Source: Torpedo marmorata
Taxonomy: Eukaryota
Assembly: GCA_977017645.1 (NCBI GenBank)
Contig: OZ360226.1
Span: 55,552,001-55,616,000 of the forward strand
Reading direction: 5' to 3'
DNA length: 64,000 bases
In this document: positions 51,550-63,980 of the stretch, piece by piece
Layout of the letters: each line of letters begins with the position of its first letter
Position numbering within the stretch: position 1 is the stretch's first letter
Notes under the pieces: generated by a model
Database searches by the model: none
Seen by the model: the letters and a program-made list of their open reading frames with translations, nothing else
What the model was told of the DNA's origin: nothing
Translations under genes and position numbers: made by a program

Positions 51550-51998
51550 TACAGTTTTGGTCACCTAACTACATGAAAGGTATCAATAAGATAGAAAGAG
51601 TGCAGAGAAGATTTACTATGATGTTGCCCAGACTTCAGGAACTGATTTACAGGGAAAGGTTAAACAGGTTAGGACTTTATTCCCTGGAGCGAAGAAGAAT
51701 GAGGGGAGAGTTGATAGAGATATTTAAAATTATGAGGAGAAACGATAGTAAATGTAGGTAGGCTTTTTCTACTGAGGGTAGGTGAGATACAAACCAGAGG
51801 ACATGGTTTAAGGGTGAAAGGGGAAAAGTTTAGGGGGAATATCAGTGGGAATTTCTTCACACAGCGAGTGGTGGGAGTGTGGAACGAGCTGCCAGCTGAA
51901 GTGGTGAATGCGTGCTCATTTTTAACATTTAAGAAGAATTTGGACAGGTGCATGGATGGGAGGGTATAGAGGGCTATGGACTGGGTGCAGGTCAGTGG
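51550..51998 (+). mobile_element. CR1 3' fragment
   Basis: IERVQRRFTMML..RLNRLGLYSLERRRMRG and TRGH motifs. Confidence 0.88.
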
Positions 51999-53820
51999 AA
52001 CACTTAGGGCAGGCTTACCAAAGCAATGCGAGAGATGAACATTCACTTAATGACCTCACATGTTGTGAAAACTTTCAACATCGTCATATTATTGAGGAAG
52101 CACCTTCATAAGCTGCCTTAGTTAAGGTTTCATCATAGGACTTCAGTCATAACTTATTTAAGCCAATTTATGCCAGCACATTGCTCAAAATTGCTAAGAT
52201 TATCTGGACCATTTCATATGACATTTCCAAAAGAGCAGTTCTCTAATGTGTGCTAGATTTGCATCCAGAAGTTTAAGGCCAGGATGAGAAAAATTATTTG
52301 ACTTGAGCATGCCTGAAATTTTGGAGTTGAGCTGTACTTTTCTTAATGTGTTTAGTTGAGGCAAGAATTTTTAGTGAGACTGCATTGTACTTAACCAAGT
52401 TTCTGTCTGTTTTTGTTTGCTTCAAATGTTGGACTGGAATGCTGGATTGTTTTTCATAAAAAAGGATAATCTTCTGCAAAATAAAATCAATGAAATAAAA
52501 GTAGCAAAGATATATAGAGCTGAGTGAGGCATCATGCGGAAACAGTAGCCTTTTTACGGTCATTGCTGATTGATTGGTGGTGTTTCCATTTATTCTATAC
52601 TGATACACGTATAGAATTATATTGATTCTAAAGAAATACAGGTAGTACCTTTCACAAGCTCAGCTTGTCACTACTGTTTTAAAGCCAGTAAAATATTTTG
52701 GAAGTGTCAGCCCTTGTAATGAAGAAATTCTGGTAGTTTGTGTGTCGTAAATCTGCACAAACGCCAGTGTGATGATGATCAGATAACCTATCTTTGTAAT
52801 GTTGATTGAAGGATAAATATGAACAAAACTCCTTTCTTAATGGGAAGGATCATTTTTGTTCACGTTACAGGTAGCACTCCCCCTGTGCTCCTCGTTAGTG
52901 TCAGCTTTTTTTTTGTAGTGAAGTGTTGCATCTTAATTTAATTTAACATTCAGGTGAAATTGCTGGCCGAGCACAGGATATTCAGCCCAATTGTTTAATG
53001 TCAACATTTATACCTCTCTCAAGTCGACCCCGTCAGCCTTCGTTGAATCACGTAAACTAATTCTGCTGTCTCTTTCACCTGAAATAATAAAGTAAAGCTT
53101 TTCTTTCAAAGCTTCCTATTTGCCTCAGTTGCTCCCTGTGATATTAACTAACATGTCGTCAGCACTTTTACATTCTATTTCAGGTAAACAGGCTTCCAAG
53201 AGTAAATTGGAAAACCAGTGTAAATTTTAATATAGCTTCTGCACAATCCAAAAAAATTGAAGCGATATGTGTCATTAATTCTATTAACACGCTGCACTTG
53301 CAGGGAGGCTAAATTCAAAAGTAATTTGTGGAAATGATACTTCAATGAGCAAATATTCAGCCTGTGAAAGAGGCTCTCTTGGGAGATGGTGGAAGCAATT
53401 AATATTGATTTATTCACGTTCAAATATGGCTTCATTCAGAAAGGAACAGAATGGGATGCAAGATATGGGTAATTTAGGATATAACATGGGATAAGGAGGG
53501 ATCAGTGATTCCCGAAGATCTCCACAATAGGACCTTCCTTGTATCACATATTGAGCCATTGAGAATTCTATATTTAGTCAAAAGCACGATATTGTTTGCA
53601 TTGTGTGACTGTGGGGAATGACAACAATTGAATTGAATGGCAACAACCTGTTAATGTCTCGTTGTTCCTGAAAATTAGTTGGTTTGATGAGAATGACCAG
53701 AAGATCCAGGATCTTTTAAAACATAAAAACAAGGCACCTCTAGACTGGAAATACAATCATCTTAAGACTGAGGTCCAAAGAAAAATATGTCACCTAAAGA
53801 TCTGAGAGTGCGTGGAAAGT

Positions 53821-54673
53821 AAGATTCAAGATCAAGATTCAATTTATTGTCATAGTAATAAAACAGTGTTATATTCCATGAATTTTTTTTTGCCTGCTGC
53901 AAGGCAGATAGATTCGCCACCGGCAGAAATTGCCTAAGCGTCACTTACATTCCTTACAGTCAGAGAAAGAGAAGCAAAAGAGAGTCCCCCCAGAGTCACC
54001 GTGTGTCCGTAGATTCGCCTCCAGCGCTTCCGCAGCCTCCACAGCCACATAGAGTCCAGTCCAAACCATGGGCAACCCGAGCTCCAGATCCAAACCTCCA
54101 ACACGGTCAGGACACCCTCGGCACCCCCTCGCATCCCGGTTCCGATACCTGGTACTCCTCCAACCAGTTCGAGCCAGCCTCCAGCAGTCCGCAGCCTGGC
54201 GTGAGTCCCCCAACAGCAGTCTCCAGCAGCCCACAGCCTCCGCGGGTTCCTCGCGTAGAGTTGCCAGAAGTCCGCCGCATGCACTGGTCCTTCAGCTTCA
54301 GAGCCTCTCACTGGTCCTCCGCCGTGCTCACCGTCCCGTGGGTCGTCTCCTCCGCTTCTCCTTCTCAGACGGGGGGGGGGGGGTGATCTTCCCGTCCTCT
54401 GGTGCCCTGCTCCAGTCCTCCGCTTCCCCGGAGTCTGCAGCCCCTCATGGCTGCTGCCGGTTAAAAGGCGCTGCCATCTTGGGCACAGACCTCGTGGTCG
54501 CGGGATCTTAAATAAAACCACCATCGGCTCCCTCAACGGGCCGTTCAAAGCCTGTGCGGAACCGATGGCAGTCGACTGGGCAGCTGGACCCCACGGGAGC
54601 GCTGCATCTCCGCTCCCCGCGGGTCCGCACCAGCGGCAGCGCTGCCGCTATAGCGGCTCCGGCAGCGCCGCCA
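53821..54673 (-). mobile_element. GC-rich non-coding retroposon (copy 2, full length)
   Basis: Reverse complement of 39617-40477 with the same 5' start (tggcggcgctgccggagccgct) and the same tail. Confidence 0.87.
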
Positions 54674-54869
54674 GTGGTTGACCTGTGTTGATTCTTCACC
54701 ATTGTTAATTGCAGCTCCAGCCCAAACACATACAGATGCACCCAGTTAAGAGGAAAGAAAAGTGGAGAGTTTAGCAAGAGCAATGGATCAGTTAGCATTT
54801 CAAAGATCTCTTCCACTGAGACTCCATTTGATGTGAGTTTGTTTGATTACATTACACAACTTCGGTGTT

Positions 54870-56060
54870 ATCCTGACCTGGCACTAAGATGAAACAGCAT
54901 CCAACGCCAGAGAAAAACAATGATCCTCGAGCAGGCAAAACGCAGTGGAAAACTTCTGGCGCAACTTCATGAGCTCATCTCCCTCATCTGGAAGCAGGAA
55001 AGATGCCATGAGATCTCAGAGATGTTGTAATGACAACCATATTCAAGAAAATAGAAAAATCTAAGTTTGGTAATTTATGAGTTGTCTTTCTGTTCTCTAC
55101 CATGGGGAATCACATTTGCATTTCAATCGCTTCATCCCATTGCAAAATAGATCCTCCCAACACTACAATGCAGATTCTCTCCATCAAAGATTCAATGTTC
55201 AGAATCTTCACTGAGCAACAAGTACATGAAAATGTTGGGGCAGCAGCAATAATTATAAATTGACTTTTTTGACTTGCAAAAGCTTTGAATTCTAAGGATT
55301 TTGGTGATTTTTTTTCTCAAGTTGTCTGTTCACAAAAAATCTTCACCAATCTGTATCAGCTTCATGATGATGTGCAAGCAGTGATCCATTCAAGATCGAA
55401 TTCTAGTGCAGATTGAGGTCAAGCAAAGCTGTGTCATTGCCCAGCCCTCTTCTCAATCTTCATTGTTGCAATATTTCACCTCGCCTCCAACAAGTAACAT
55501 GATTGGAGTTGAACTATGGGATGAGTCAGAAACTACTCAGTCTTGATTGTTTTCACACCATCACTCTGATCACTGCAACTTCAGGCATTAATTTCAGAGA
55601 ACACATAGAACTGGACGCCAAACCAAAGTTGATTTCTTTACCAAAGTATATGAAAAGATATATCTGGGAATCAAATGACCTTCATCAACCTGCGACCACC
55701 CCAACAGCAATTATGATCTATAATGAGACTCTGGTTTGTGTGGATCATCTCCAATGAAGGAAAACATCAATAACCAAGATCACCATTACCCCCACAATGA
55801 TCAAAAGAGCATTTACATCTCAAACCGAGAACCATTAGAATTTCCTGAAAAGCCATGGTTCGCACTCTTGTGTGTATTGGGGGCGTGGACTTCCTGCAGT
55901 AAACACCTCAAAACACTCATATTTGAAGATAACACCAATGACTTCACTGCAACATCCTCAAATGCACTGGTAGGACAATCAGAACAATATCAATTCCCTC
56001 TCTCAGGCAAACATCCCAGCAGTGAAGCTCTGATTGTGTTCAAACAGCTGCTAAGGATGT
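54870..56060 (+). mobile_element. Old RTE-clade LINE remnant
   Basis: Degenerate LHELISLIW, TTIFKK and VKQSCVIA..LFSIF motifs. Confidence 0.65.
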
Positions 56061-56207
56061 GCCACACGACAAGTTCAAGTTTTTATCATCTGATTGTATA
56101 AGTGCAGCTGGACGAAACAGCGTTCTTCATCCTTCGGTGCAAAAACATGCAAACATACCAAATAAAATAAATAAACACAATATTTTATTATAACAAACAA
56201 TAATATT

Positions 56208-56460
56208 AGGGTGGCACAGTTGGCGTAGCGGTTAGCGCAACGCCTTTACAGCGCCAGCGATCGGGACCAGGGTTCGAATCCTGCGCCATCTGTAAGGAGT
56301 TTGTACGTTCTCCCTGTGTCTGCGTGGGTTTTCCCTGAGGGCTCCGGTTTCCTCCCACCGTTCAAAACGTACCGGGAGTTGTAGGTTAATTGGGTGTAAA
56401 TTGGGCGGCACGGACTCATGGGCTGAAATGGCCTGTTACCATGCTGTATGTGTATGTCTA
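56208..56460 (+). mobile_element. tRNA-derived V-SINE
   Basis: A-box tggcgtagcgg, B-box ggttcgaatcc and the V domain. Confidence 0.88.
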
Positions 56461-56554
56461 ATAATAATAAAATAAATGAAATTAAATTCACAAAAAACAA
56501 ACCAGCAGATCACGTCAATGGGAGGGAGGGAGACCCAGTGATACTGGTTGCAGC

Positions 56555-56940
56555 TCTTATGGTACTATGGATTGATCTCCGATCCAATGCTGTACAATAA
56601 CTGTACCACACTGTGATGCAGCTGGCCAGGACTCTCTCAATAGAGTTCCTGTGGAAAGTTGACAAGGAAGGTGGCCGGTAGCCTTGACCACCTCAGTCTT
56701 CTCAGGAAGTGCAGTCGCTGTTGCATCTCCATGCCAAACACCTGACTCTGGAAAAAGCTCTCTTTTCAAGTTCCATCACAATGTTCACCTTCCATTGAGT
56801 CAGAGAAAATTGTTTAAAGGCATTCTGAAAGGCTCATTGGAAAAACCTGTTGCCTTCCCACTGATTGATGGGAATCCCTGGCCCCAGACTGCTGAAGCCA
56901 GCACTTTACGTCACTCCATTGGGAGAAGTGGAGGATAAGC
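56555..56940 (-). mobile_element. Old Rex1 fragment
   Basis: STGTLLRES-frame and FHRNSIERVLASCITVWY-like sequence. A related tail lies at ~56071-56150. Confidence 0.6.
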
Positions 56941-56950
56941 ACACACAAAG

Positions 56951-58026
56951 TAGAATCAGAATTTATTGTCATGAACAAGTCATGAAATTTGGTGTTTTGC
57001 GGCAGCATCATAGTGCAAACATTCATATTAAAACCATCTTACGACATTACTATAAAAAATATATATAAATAATAGTGCACGAAAAGTAAGGCAGTGTCTT
57101 TGGTTCATTGATTATTCAGGAATCTGATGGCAGCGGGGAAGAAGCTGTCCTTGTGCCATTGAGTGCTCATCTTTAGGCTCCTGTACCTTTTTCCCGATGG
57201 TAGCAGAGTGAAGAGGGCATGGCCTGGGTGGTGGGGGTCTTTGAGGATAGAGGCTGCTTTTTTAAGACATCGCCTCATGTAGATGTCCTCAATGGAGTGA
57301 CGTCTGGTGCCTGTGATGTCACAGGCCGAGTTAACAACCCTCTTTAGTTTATTCTTGTCCTGAAAGTTGGCGCCTCCATACCAGGCAGTGATGCAACCAG
57401 CCAGAATGCTCTCCACGGTACACCTGTAGAAGTTTACGAGAGAATTCGGTGAAATGCCAAATCTCCTCAGACACCTCACAAAGTATAGCCGCTGGCGAGC
57501 CTTCTTTGTGATTGCATCAAGGTGGAGGCTCCAGGACAGATCCTCGGAGATGTTGACACCAAGGAATTTGAAGTTCTTGACCCTCTCCACTACTGAGCCC
57601 TCGATGAGGACTGGGTTGTATTCCCCTGACTTCCTCCTGAAGTCCACAATCATCTCCTTGGTTTTGCTGACGTTGAGCGCAAGGTTGTTGTCGTTACACC
57701 ATTCAACGATCTGATCAATCTCCCTCCTGTATGCTTCCTCATTGCCGTTTGTGATTCTGCCGACAACTGTGGTGTCATCAGCAAACTTGTTGATGGCATT
57801 GGAATTGTGCCTGGCCACACAGTCATGGGTATATAACGAGTAGAGCAGTGGGCTAAGCACGCATCCTTGGGGTGCGTCTGTGTTGATAATCAGTGAGGAG
57901 GAGACGTTGTTTCCAATTCATACTGACTCTGGTCTTCTGATAAGAAAGTCAAGGATCCAGTTGCAGAGGGGGATACAGAGGCCTAGAGTTTGTAGCTTCT
58001 TGACCAGCACTGAGGGAATAATGGTA
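56951..58026 (-). mobile_element. Rex1 5'-truncated copy (ATTCTG-tail family)
   Basis: ORF 57105-57860 is nearly identical to 6829-7773 and 14626-15375. Confidence 0.93.
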
Positions 58027-58660
58027 ACCGCGGGGTCTGCGCCCAAGATGGCAGCGCCTATTAATCGGCAGCAGCCACGAGGGGCTGCAGACTCCAGGGA
58101 AGCGGAGGACTGGAGCAGGGCACCAGAGGACGGAAAGATCACCCCCCCCTGTCTGAGAAGGAGAAGCGGAGGAGACGGCCCACGGGACGGTGACCATGGC
58201 GTCAGACCAGTGAGGGGCTCTGAGGCTGAAGGACCAGTGCATGCGGAGGGCTGCTGGCGACTCGAGGCGAGGAACCCGCGGAGGCTGTGGGCTGCTGTAG
58301 ACTGCTGTCAGGAGACTCGCGCTGGGCTGTGGAATACTGGAGACATCAAACTGGCTGGAGGAGTACCAGGTATTGGAACCGGGATGCAAGGGGGTGCCGA
58401 GGGCACCGAAGGGTTCCTGACCGTGTTGGAGGTTCGGATCTGGAGCTCGGGTTTCCGATCGTTTGGACTGGACTCTGTGTGGCTGCGGAGGCTGCAGAAG
58501 CGCTGGAGGCAAATCTACGGACACTCGGTGACTCTGGGGGGACTCTCTCTTGCTTCTCTTTCTCTGACTGTAAGGAATTTAAGAGGCGCTTAGTCAATTT
58601 CTGCCGGTGGCGAATCTGTCTGCCTTGCAGCAGGCAAAAAATATTTCATGGAATATAACA
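58027..58660 (+). mobile_element. GC-rich non-coding retroposon (copy 3, truncated)
   Basis: Aligns to ~39801-40435. Confidence 0.83.
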
Positions 58661-58669
58661 TTTCATCAC

Positions 58670-59525
58670 AGTAGAAACATAGAAAATAGATGTAGGATTA
58701 GGCCATTTGGCCCTTCAAGCCTACACCGTCATTCGTTTTGATCATGGCTGATCATCCACTCAGTTCCCAGTACCAGCTCTCTCTCCATACCCCCTGATCC
58801 CCTAAGTCACAAGTGCCAAATCTAACTCCCTCTTAAATATAGCTAAGGAACCGGCCTCAACTACTTCCTGTGGCAGAGAATTCCACAAATTCACCACCCT
58901 CTGAGTGAATTTTTTTTTTCTCATCTCAGTCCTAAAAGACTTCCCCTTTATACTTAAACTGTGACCCCTGGTTCTAGACTTCCCCAACATCGGGAACAAC
59001 CTTCCTGCCTCTAGCTTGACCAATCCCTTAAGAATTTTGCCTGTTTCTATTAGATCTCCTCTTATCTTCTAAATTCCAGCGACAAAAAGCCTAGTCGATC
59101 CAGCCTCTCTTCATATGCAAGTCCCGCCATCCCTGGTATCAATCTAGTAAACATTTTCTGCACTCTCTCTATGGCAATGATGTCTTTCCTCAGATAAGGA
59201 GACCAAAACTGAACACAATATTCCAGGTGAGGTCTTACCAAGGCCCCATACAACTGCATCAATACCTCTCTGCTCCTGTACTCAAATCCTCTTGATATGA
59301 ACGCCAACATACCATTCGCATTTTTTTTCCTGCTTGCTGCACCTGCATGCCCACTTTCAATGACTGATGCACAGCGACACCCAGGTCTCTTTGCATCTCT
59401 CCTTTTCCTAATCGGATACCATTAAGATAATTCTCAGCCCTCCCATTCTTGCCACAAAAGTGGATAACCTCACACTCATCCACATTATATTGCATCTGCC
59501 ATGTATTTGCCCACTCACCCAATCT
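58670..59525 (-). mobile_element. CR1 3' fragment
   Basis: WQMQYNVDECEVIH, LVRPHLEYCVQFWSP and RTRGHS (ORFs 59259-59522, 59062-59310, 58802-59023). Confidence 0.92.
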
Positions 59526-59526
59526 C

Positions 59527-59690
59527 TTTACATTTGTTATCTGTTTACAGTTCTTTATTTGTTTACGTGTATACGCTGTGTACAGTTTTTTTTTGCACTA
59601 CCAATAAGTGGTAATTCTGCCTTGCCCTCAGAAAAAGCATCTCAGGGTTGTATGTGATGTCATGTATGTACTCTGTCAATAAATCTGAAA
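59527..59690 (+). mobile_element. Rex1 3' UTR fragment
   Basis: Matches 45632-45800. Confidence 0.85.
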
Positions 59691-59830
59691 GCTAAGGTGG
59701 TTGTTAGAGACCTTTTATTGGATAGTAGATAAAGTAATGGAAACCACTGCCAGGTCAAAGGGTGTGATATTGTGCCTTTGGAGTTTATTTTATCTACTTT
59801 CCTATTAGGAATAAAGCAGAAGTTCAAATA

Positions 59831-60233
59831 CAGGTGCTCCTCAACTTACGATGGGGTTGCAATCCGGCAAACCCATCATAAGTCGAAAAAATCATGTCGA
59901 AAAAGAATACCGCACCTACCATTTTTTATAATTACATTTTCAATACCTTTGAGATAGTCGATTGCGAAAGTCCTAACTCATGTGCTATAGCCATTACTGG
60001 CTTGCCGCCTTCACGCTGAGCAGGTATCTTGAGTTTTGTCTCCAGAGTAATTGCTTTCCTCTTTTTCTTCTCACCAGAAGCAGGAGACACACATGGGCGT
60101 TTAGTACACATGATGGGTTGTTTACAGTGCACTCATTCGCGTGACCGCTACAGAGACTGTGAGCGTGGTTGAGTCAGCATCGTGAGAGAGTATGCTGTAT
60201 GATACTCTCACGCGATGCTGCCATCGCCCATAT
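59831..60233 (-). mobile_element. Tigger/pogo-like DNA transposon derivative, interrupted by BEL copy 2
   Basis: TA|CAGGTGCTCCTCAACTTACG TIR. CENP-B-type N-terminal HTH KRKAITLETKLKI..IAHELGLSQSTIS (59932-60132). Confidence 0.8.
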
Positions 60234-60862
60234 TATGGTGACTTCGATCCAACAATAGTCACCTGGAGGCTAAGTGAGATACTTGTCCTTGACGCGTTTT
60301 AATTAATTTACTAACAAAGTCCAATATGTTCAAAAACTTTATTTACACACGTGACTTGCAGTAATCTTCAATGACATTAATATAAACAGTTCTTGAAAAC
60401 GATGTATGATGAATTCCTTTAAATGATTCCTTTTTTACTGTATTCAGATGTTCAATTAAACTACTTTAAACCACAAATAAACTAGTTCAAAAGCTTGATG
60501 AAATGATCTATGAAACGTCTTGAAACGATATAAAACGCTGTAAAATGGTCAATAAAGATATGGAGATCTCACTCACCCTCCTAAATCTCCATCTTTCTCC
60601 TATTCTATTTCTCTCCGATTCGCGCATGCTCCCGTCGCTCCTATACCACTGCGCACCCTACACCGCGCATACTACATTTCCCAGACTACACCGCGCACAA
60701 TGACGTCACTCCAAATTGCGCATGCGCCCGTCGGCACTCCAGCGCACGCGCAGAGCACAGAACGGGCCGGAAACGGCCCAGAGACAACGCGAGCGCTCCA
60801 TAACCCGACGAGACATCGGAGCGCCGCAGCAAAGGTAAGTTAATGAGCCTACGGCTCTTACA
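60234..60862 (-). repeat. 3' LTR of BEL copy 2
   Basis: Ends match copy 1 (ggaggctaagtgag near one end, ggctcttaca at the other). Purine tract aggggccgg abuts it. Confidence 0.85.
60671..60727. promoter_or_regulatory. Cluster of ZNF143-like, CRE and NRF1-like motifs in LTR U3
   Basis: actacatttcccag at 60671-60684, tgacgtca at 60701-60708 and tgcgcatgcgc at 60717-60727. These are motif matches only. Confidence 0.55.
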
Positions 60863-61280
60863 CCGGCCCCTAATTATTATAATTAGATGCAATGTCTTGT
60901 ATAATCATTACACTATAAATTACAAATAACAATAACCATAACATTCAAACAATACAAATCTTCTTTCTTCCTTCTTCATAAACCTAGAGTTTACCATAAC
61001 TCTGAAAAGTCTGTAACCTCTGAAATATACAACAACAAATAAAGTCAGTTTATATTTATCAAAGTTCCTCTGTCTCCAACAAAAGGCAGACCTTGTTAAT
61101 AGGTCTGTTTATAAACCCAGTCTTAGCTTTAATTCACACTTGACGCACAAGTCCCCTTTTGTCTTGAAAAGTCTCAATAATTTTTCCAAGTAACCAGGAG
61201 TTTCTTGAAGTTGAATTATCCATAATAATCACAATGTCTCTTTAAAGTTCTTTTATCTCCATAATCTTTGAGTTAAAACG

Positions 61281-63980
61281 TCAACCATTAAACCTCAAAT
61301 CTTCCTCAGACAAAATAGATACAGTTTTTCTTTTGAATTTAACACAAGGCACTTCTTCAGCATGTCGTTTCACTTTATTCCTTTCTTCAGTATTCCACTT
61401 CTCATGTGAAGAATTTAAACTCTTAGAATTAGAATTTGAATATTTATCTGATCCTTTCGATTTTAAACAGGTCTGTTTAACCACTCTGGTTTCTATGGCT
61501 CTTTCCTGCAATTCTAAATCCAATTTTGCAACTTTCAATTCAGTCTCAGTTCTTTCCGAGAAATTAATAATTTGATCTGAAGTCAAAATATCATGTGATA
61601 CATTGATATTTCCATTGTCAATCCTGTTGCGACAAACTTGAAATTTTTTAATTTCTTCATCTTGTTTGTTACATTTCTGCAATGCAATATCACATTCTTT
61701 CTGCATTGTTAATTGTTGAACATTCAATTTACATTCTTGATTGGTTTTTAAAGTCAACTGTTTTGTGTTATTAACCAATAACTTGTTCTCTTTTAAAACA
61801 TTAATCTCTTCCTCCAACCTTTTACATTTTGATAATGCTGAATCTCTTTCCTCAATAACTGTATTCATTTCTTCAGCAGTTATTCTTTTCTTCCGCTTTC
61901 TGACTTTGCGAGTTTTACTTACAATTAAATCTTTCTGTTTATTGTTTTCTTGATTATCTAATATTTCCAATTCCCCTTTCAACATTTTGTTCTCTGAATT
62001 CAATTGCATTAAATTATCATTCACATTATTCTTTATTCCATCAGCACAATTTTCTGTGTTCTCCAGTTTTACATCACATTGCAATATTTTTTCATTAGCT
62101 TAGTCTATTGTATTCTCTGAACTACAAAATCTATATTCAGATTTGTTTTCAGTCACTTGTTTTATTCCTGTATCTGATTCAATTACACATGAATGATCAA
62201 TAGTATTATTTGCAACATCTTCTAATACTTCACTTTCATCCATTTCTGATGAAATTAATTCCTTCAATGTTGTTTTAAATACCCTTGATTTATTTTCACA
62301 TTGATCAGTTTTCTTTTCTTCAAAAGTGATTTTCTTATTCACAGTATTTTGCTCTTCGCTTAACTCTTCAACTTTCACAACCGAAATTCTATTAATACTT
62401 ATCGCTAACTGTTCCTGAGCAATATCATTATTTCTTTCCATTGGTCCATTGATTGTCCAACCAAGCATGGTTTTAACAGCATAAGGTCCATTCCTTTTAC
62501 TCTCTATTACTTCTTTTGGTACCAAAACCTTTGGCACATCTGAACCAATCAGCATTTTTATTTCAGAATTAATTTCAGGTAAATAAACCTTCCACAGATA
62601 AGCTAAATGATGGATATCCCTTTGATGAGGAATATTTCCTTCATTCACAGGCATAGTCTTCTGAGTATATACACTTGGAAGATCACAAAATTTTTTGTCA
62701 TCCAATCCAGCAACCTCTAAGCCTGAAACAATGTTAGTTTCAACAACCTTTTCTTGTCCCATGGTTTTTAACATAATTCTTGATCTTTTTCCTTGAATAT
62801 TAAGTTTATTCATTAGTCCTTCCGTGCAAAAAGATGCAGTGCTGCCTGGGTCTAGAAATGCATATGTTTTTACTATTGCATCCCCTTTCTTGGTCTTGAC
62901 TTGTACAGGCACTATCGAAAGTTTGCAGTTATTCACACCGGCCCCGGTAAGACCACTTGTCTGAACCGAGGTTATAACATTATTTTCTGTTGTTTCCTTT
63001 GTTTCTGTTTGCTCTTTTTCCAATTCCTTGTTTCTGTTATGGATATGCAAAATTCTAGGATGTTTCAAATTGCATATGTTACAATTAATTTACTTCTCGC
63101 AGTTTTTACTGATGTGCCCTTTACACAGACAGCTAAAACATATTCCATTTTCCTTTAAGAAAGCGATCTTTTCCGTATGTTCCTTCTTTTCCAATCGTAA
63201 ACACATTTCCAAAGTATGTCCACATTTAAAGAACAAACAACTCTTTTCATTAGGCAAACTTTCCTTTTCCATATTTACTTTGTCCTTTTCTTTACTTATA
63301 ACTTGCACATTAGTAGCAAAAGTACTCCTTTTCACTTTCGGACTAGACTGTGTGTTAGACTTCCTTACATCTTTGCCCATTGAATTATCTCTGGTATTTC
63401 CATATAGTGGATCTGTTTCAACGTACACCCGTCGTTCAAGAAAATTTACCAAATCCTTTAAGGTAATTTTTCGACCGTAATCTACTTGTAAATCACAAGC
63501 CAAATCTCTCCATCTATCCCATAACTTGTAAGGTAATTTTTCTAAGATGATTCGCATATTACTATGCACTTCAAGCTCACGAATATTATCGATTTCTTCC
63601 ATAGCATTACAACATCCTCTTAAAAACAAAGTATATTCTTGCAGAGCCTTTACATCATTTTGATTTATTGATGTCCATTTAAGAGCTTTATCCATATAAG
63701 CTAAAGCAATTCGATGCTTGTTGCCAAAATATTGTTCCAGTAAAGCCTTAGCTTTGTCTAATCCTCTTTCTGAAGACATTTGTTTACAACTCTTTACCAG
63801 TTCTTTTGGATGTCCCTTTGTGAACATTTCCAAATAATAAAGACATTCATCACGATCTTGGCATTTATCTTCAATATTGCGTTTGAAAGATCTCATAAAT
63901 GATTGATATTGAAGTGGATCACCATCAAAAGTTTGTATCTCTTTCTTGGGTAAAGAAGAGAGAGACTGTAACTGAAACAA
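61281..63980 (-). pseudogene. Gag-protease-MIPOL1-like fusion frame with two internal stops
   Basis: ORFs 63090-63980, 62100-63068 and 61281-62084 are in the same frame, separated only by TAA at 63090-63092 and 62100-62102. Confidence 0.88.
61473..61928 (-). pseudogene. MIPOL1: Captured MIPOL1-like segments in BEL copy 2
   Basis: KKRITAEEMNTVIEERDSALSKCKRLEEEI compares with recalled MIPOL1 KMRITAEEMSALIEERDAALSKCKRLEQEL. A second segment reads KLDLELQERAIETRV. Confidence 0.83.
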
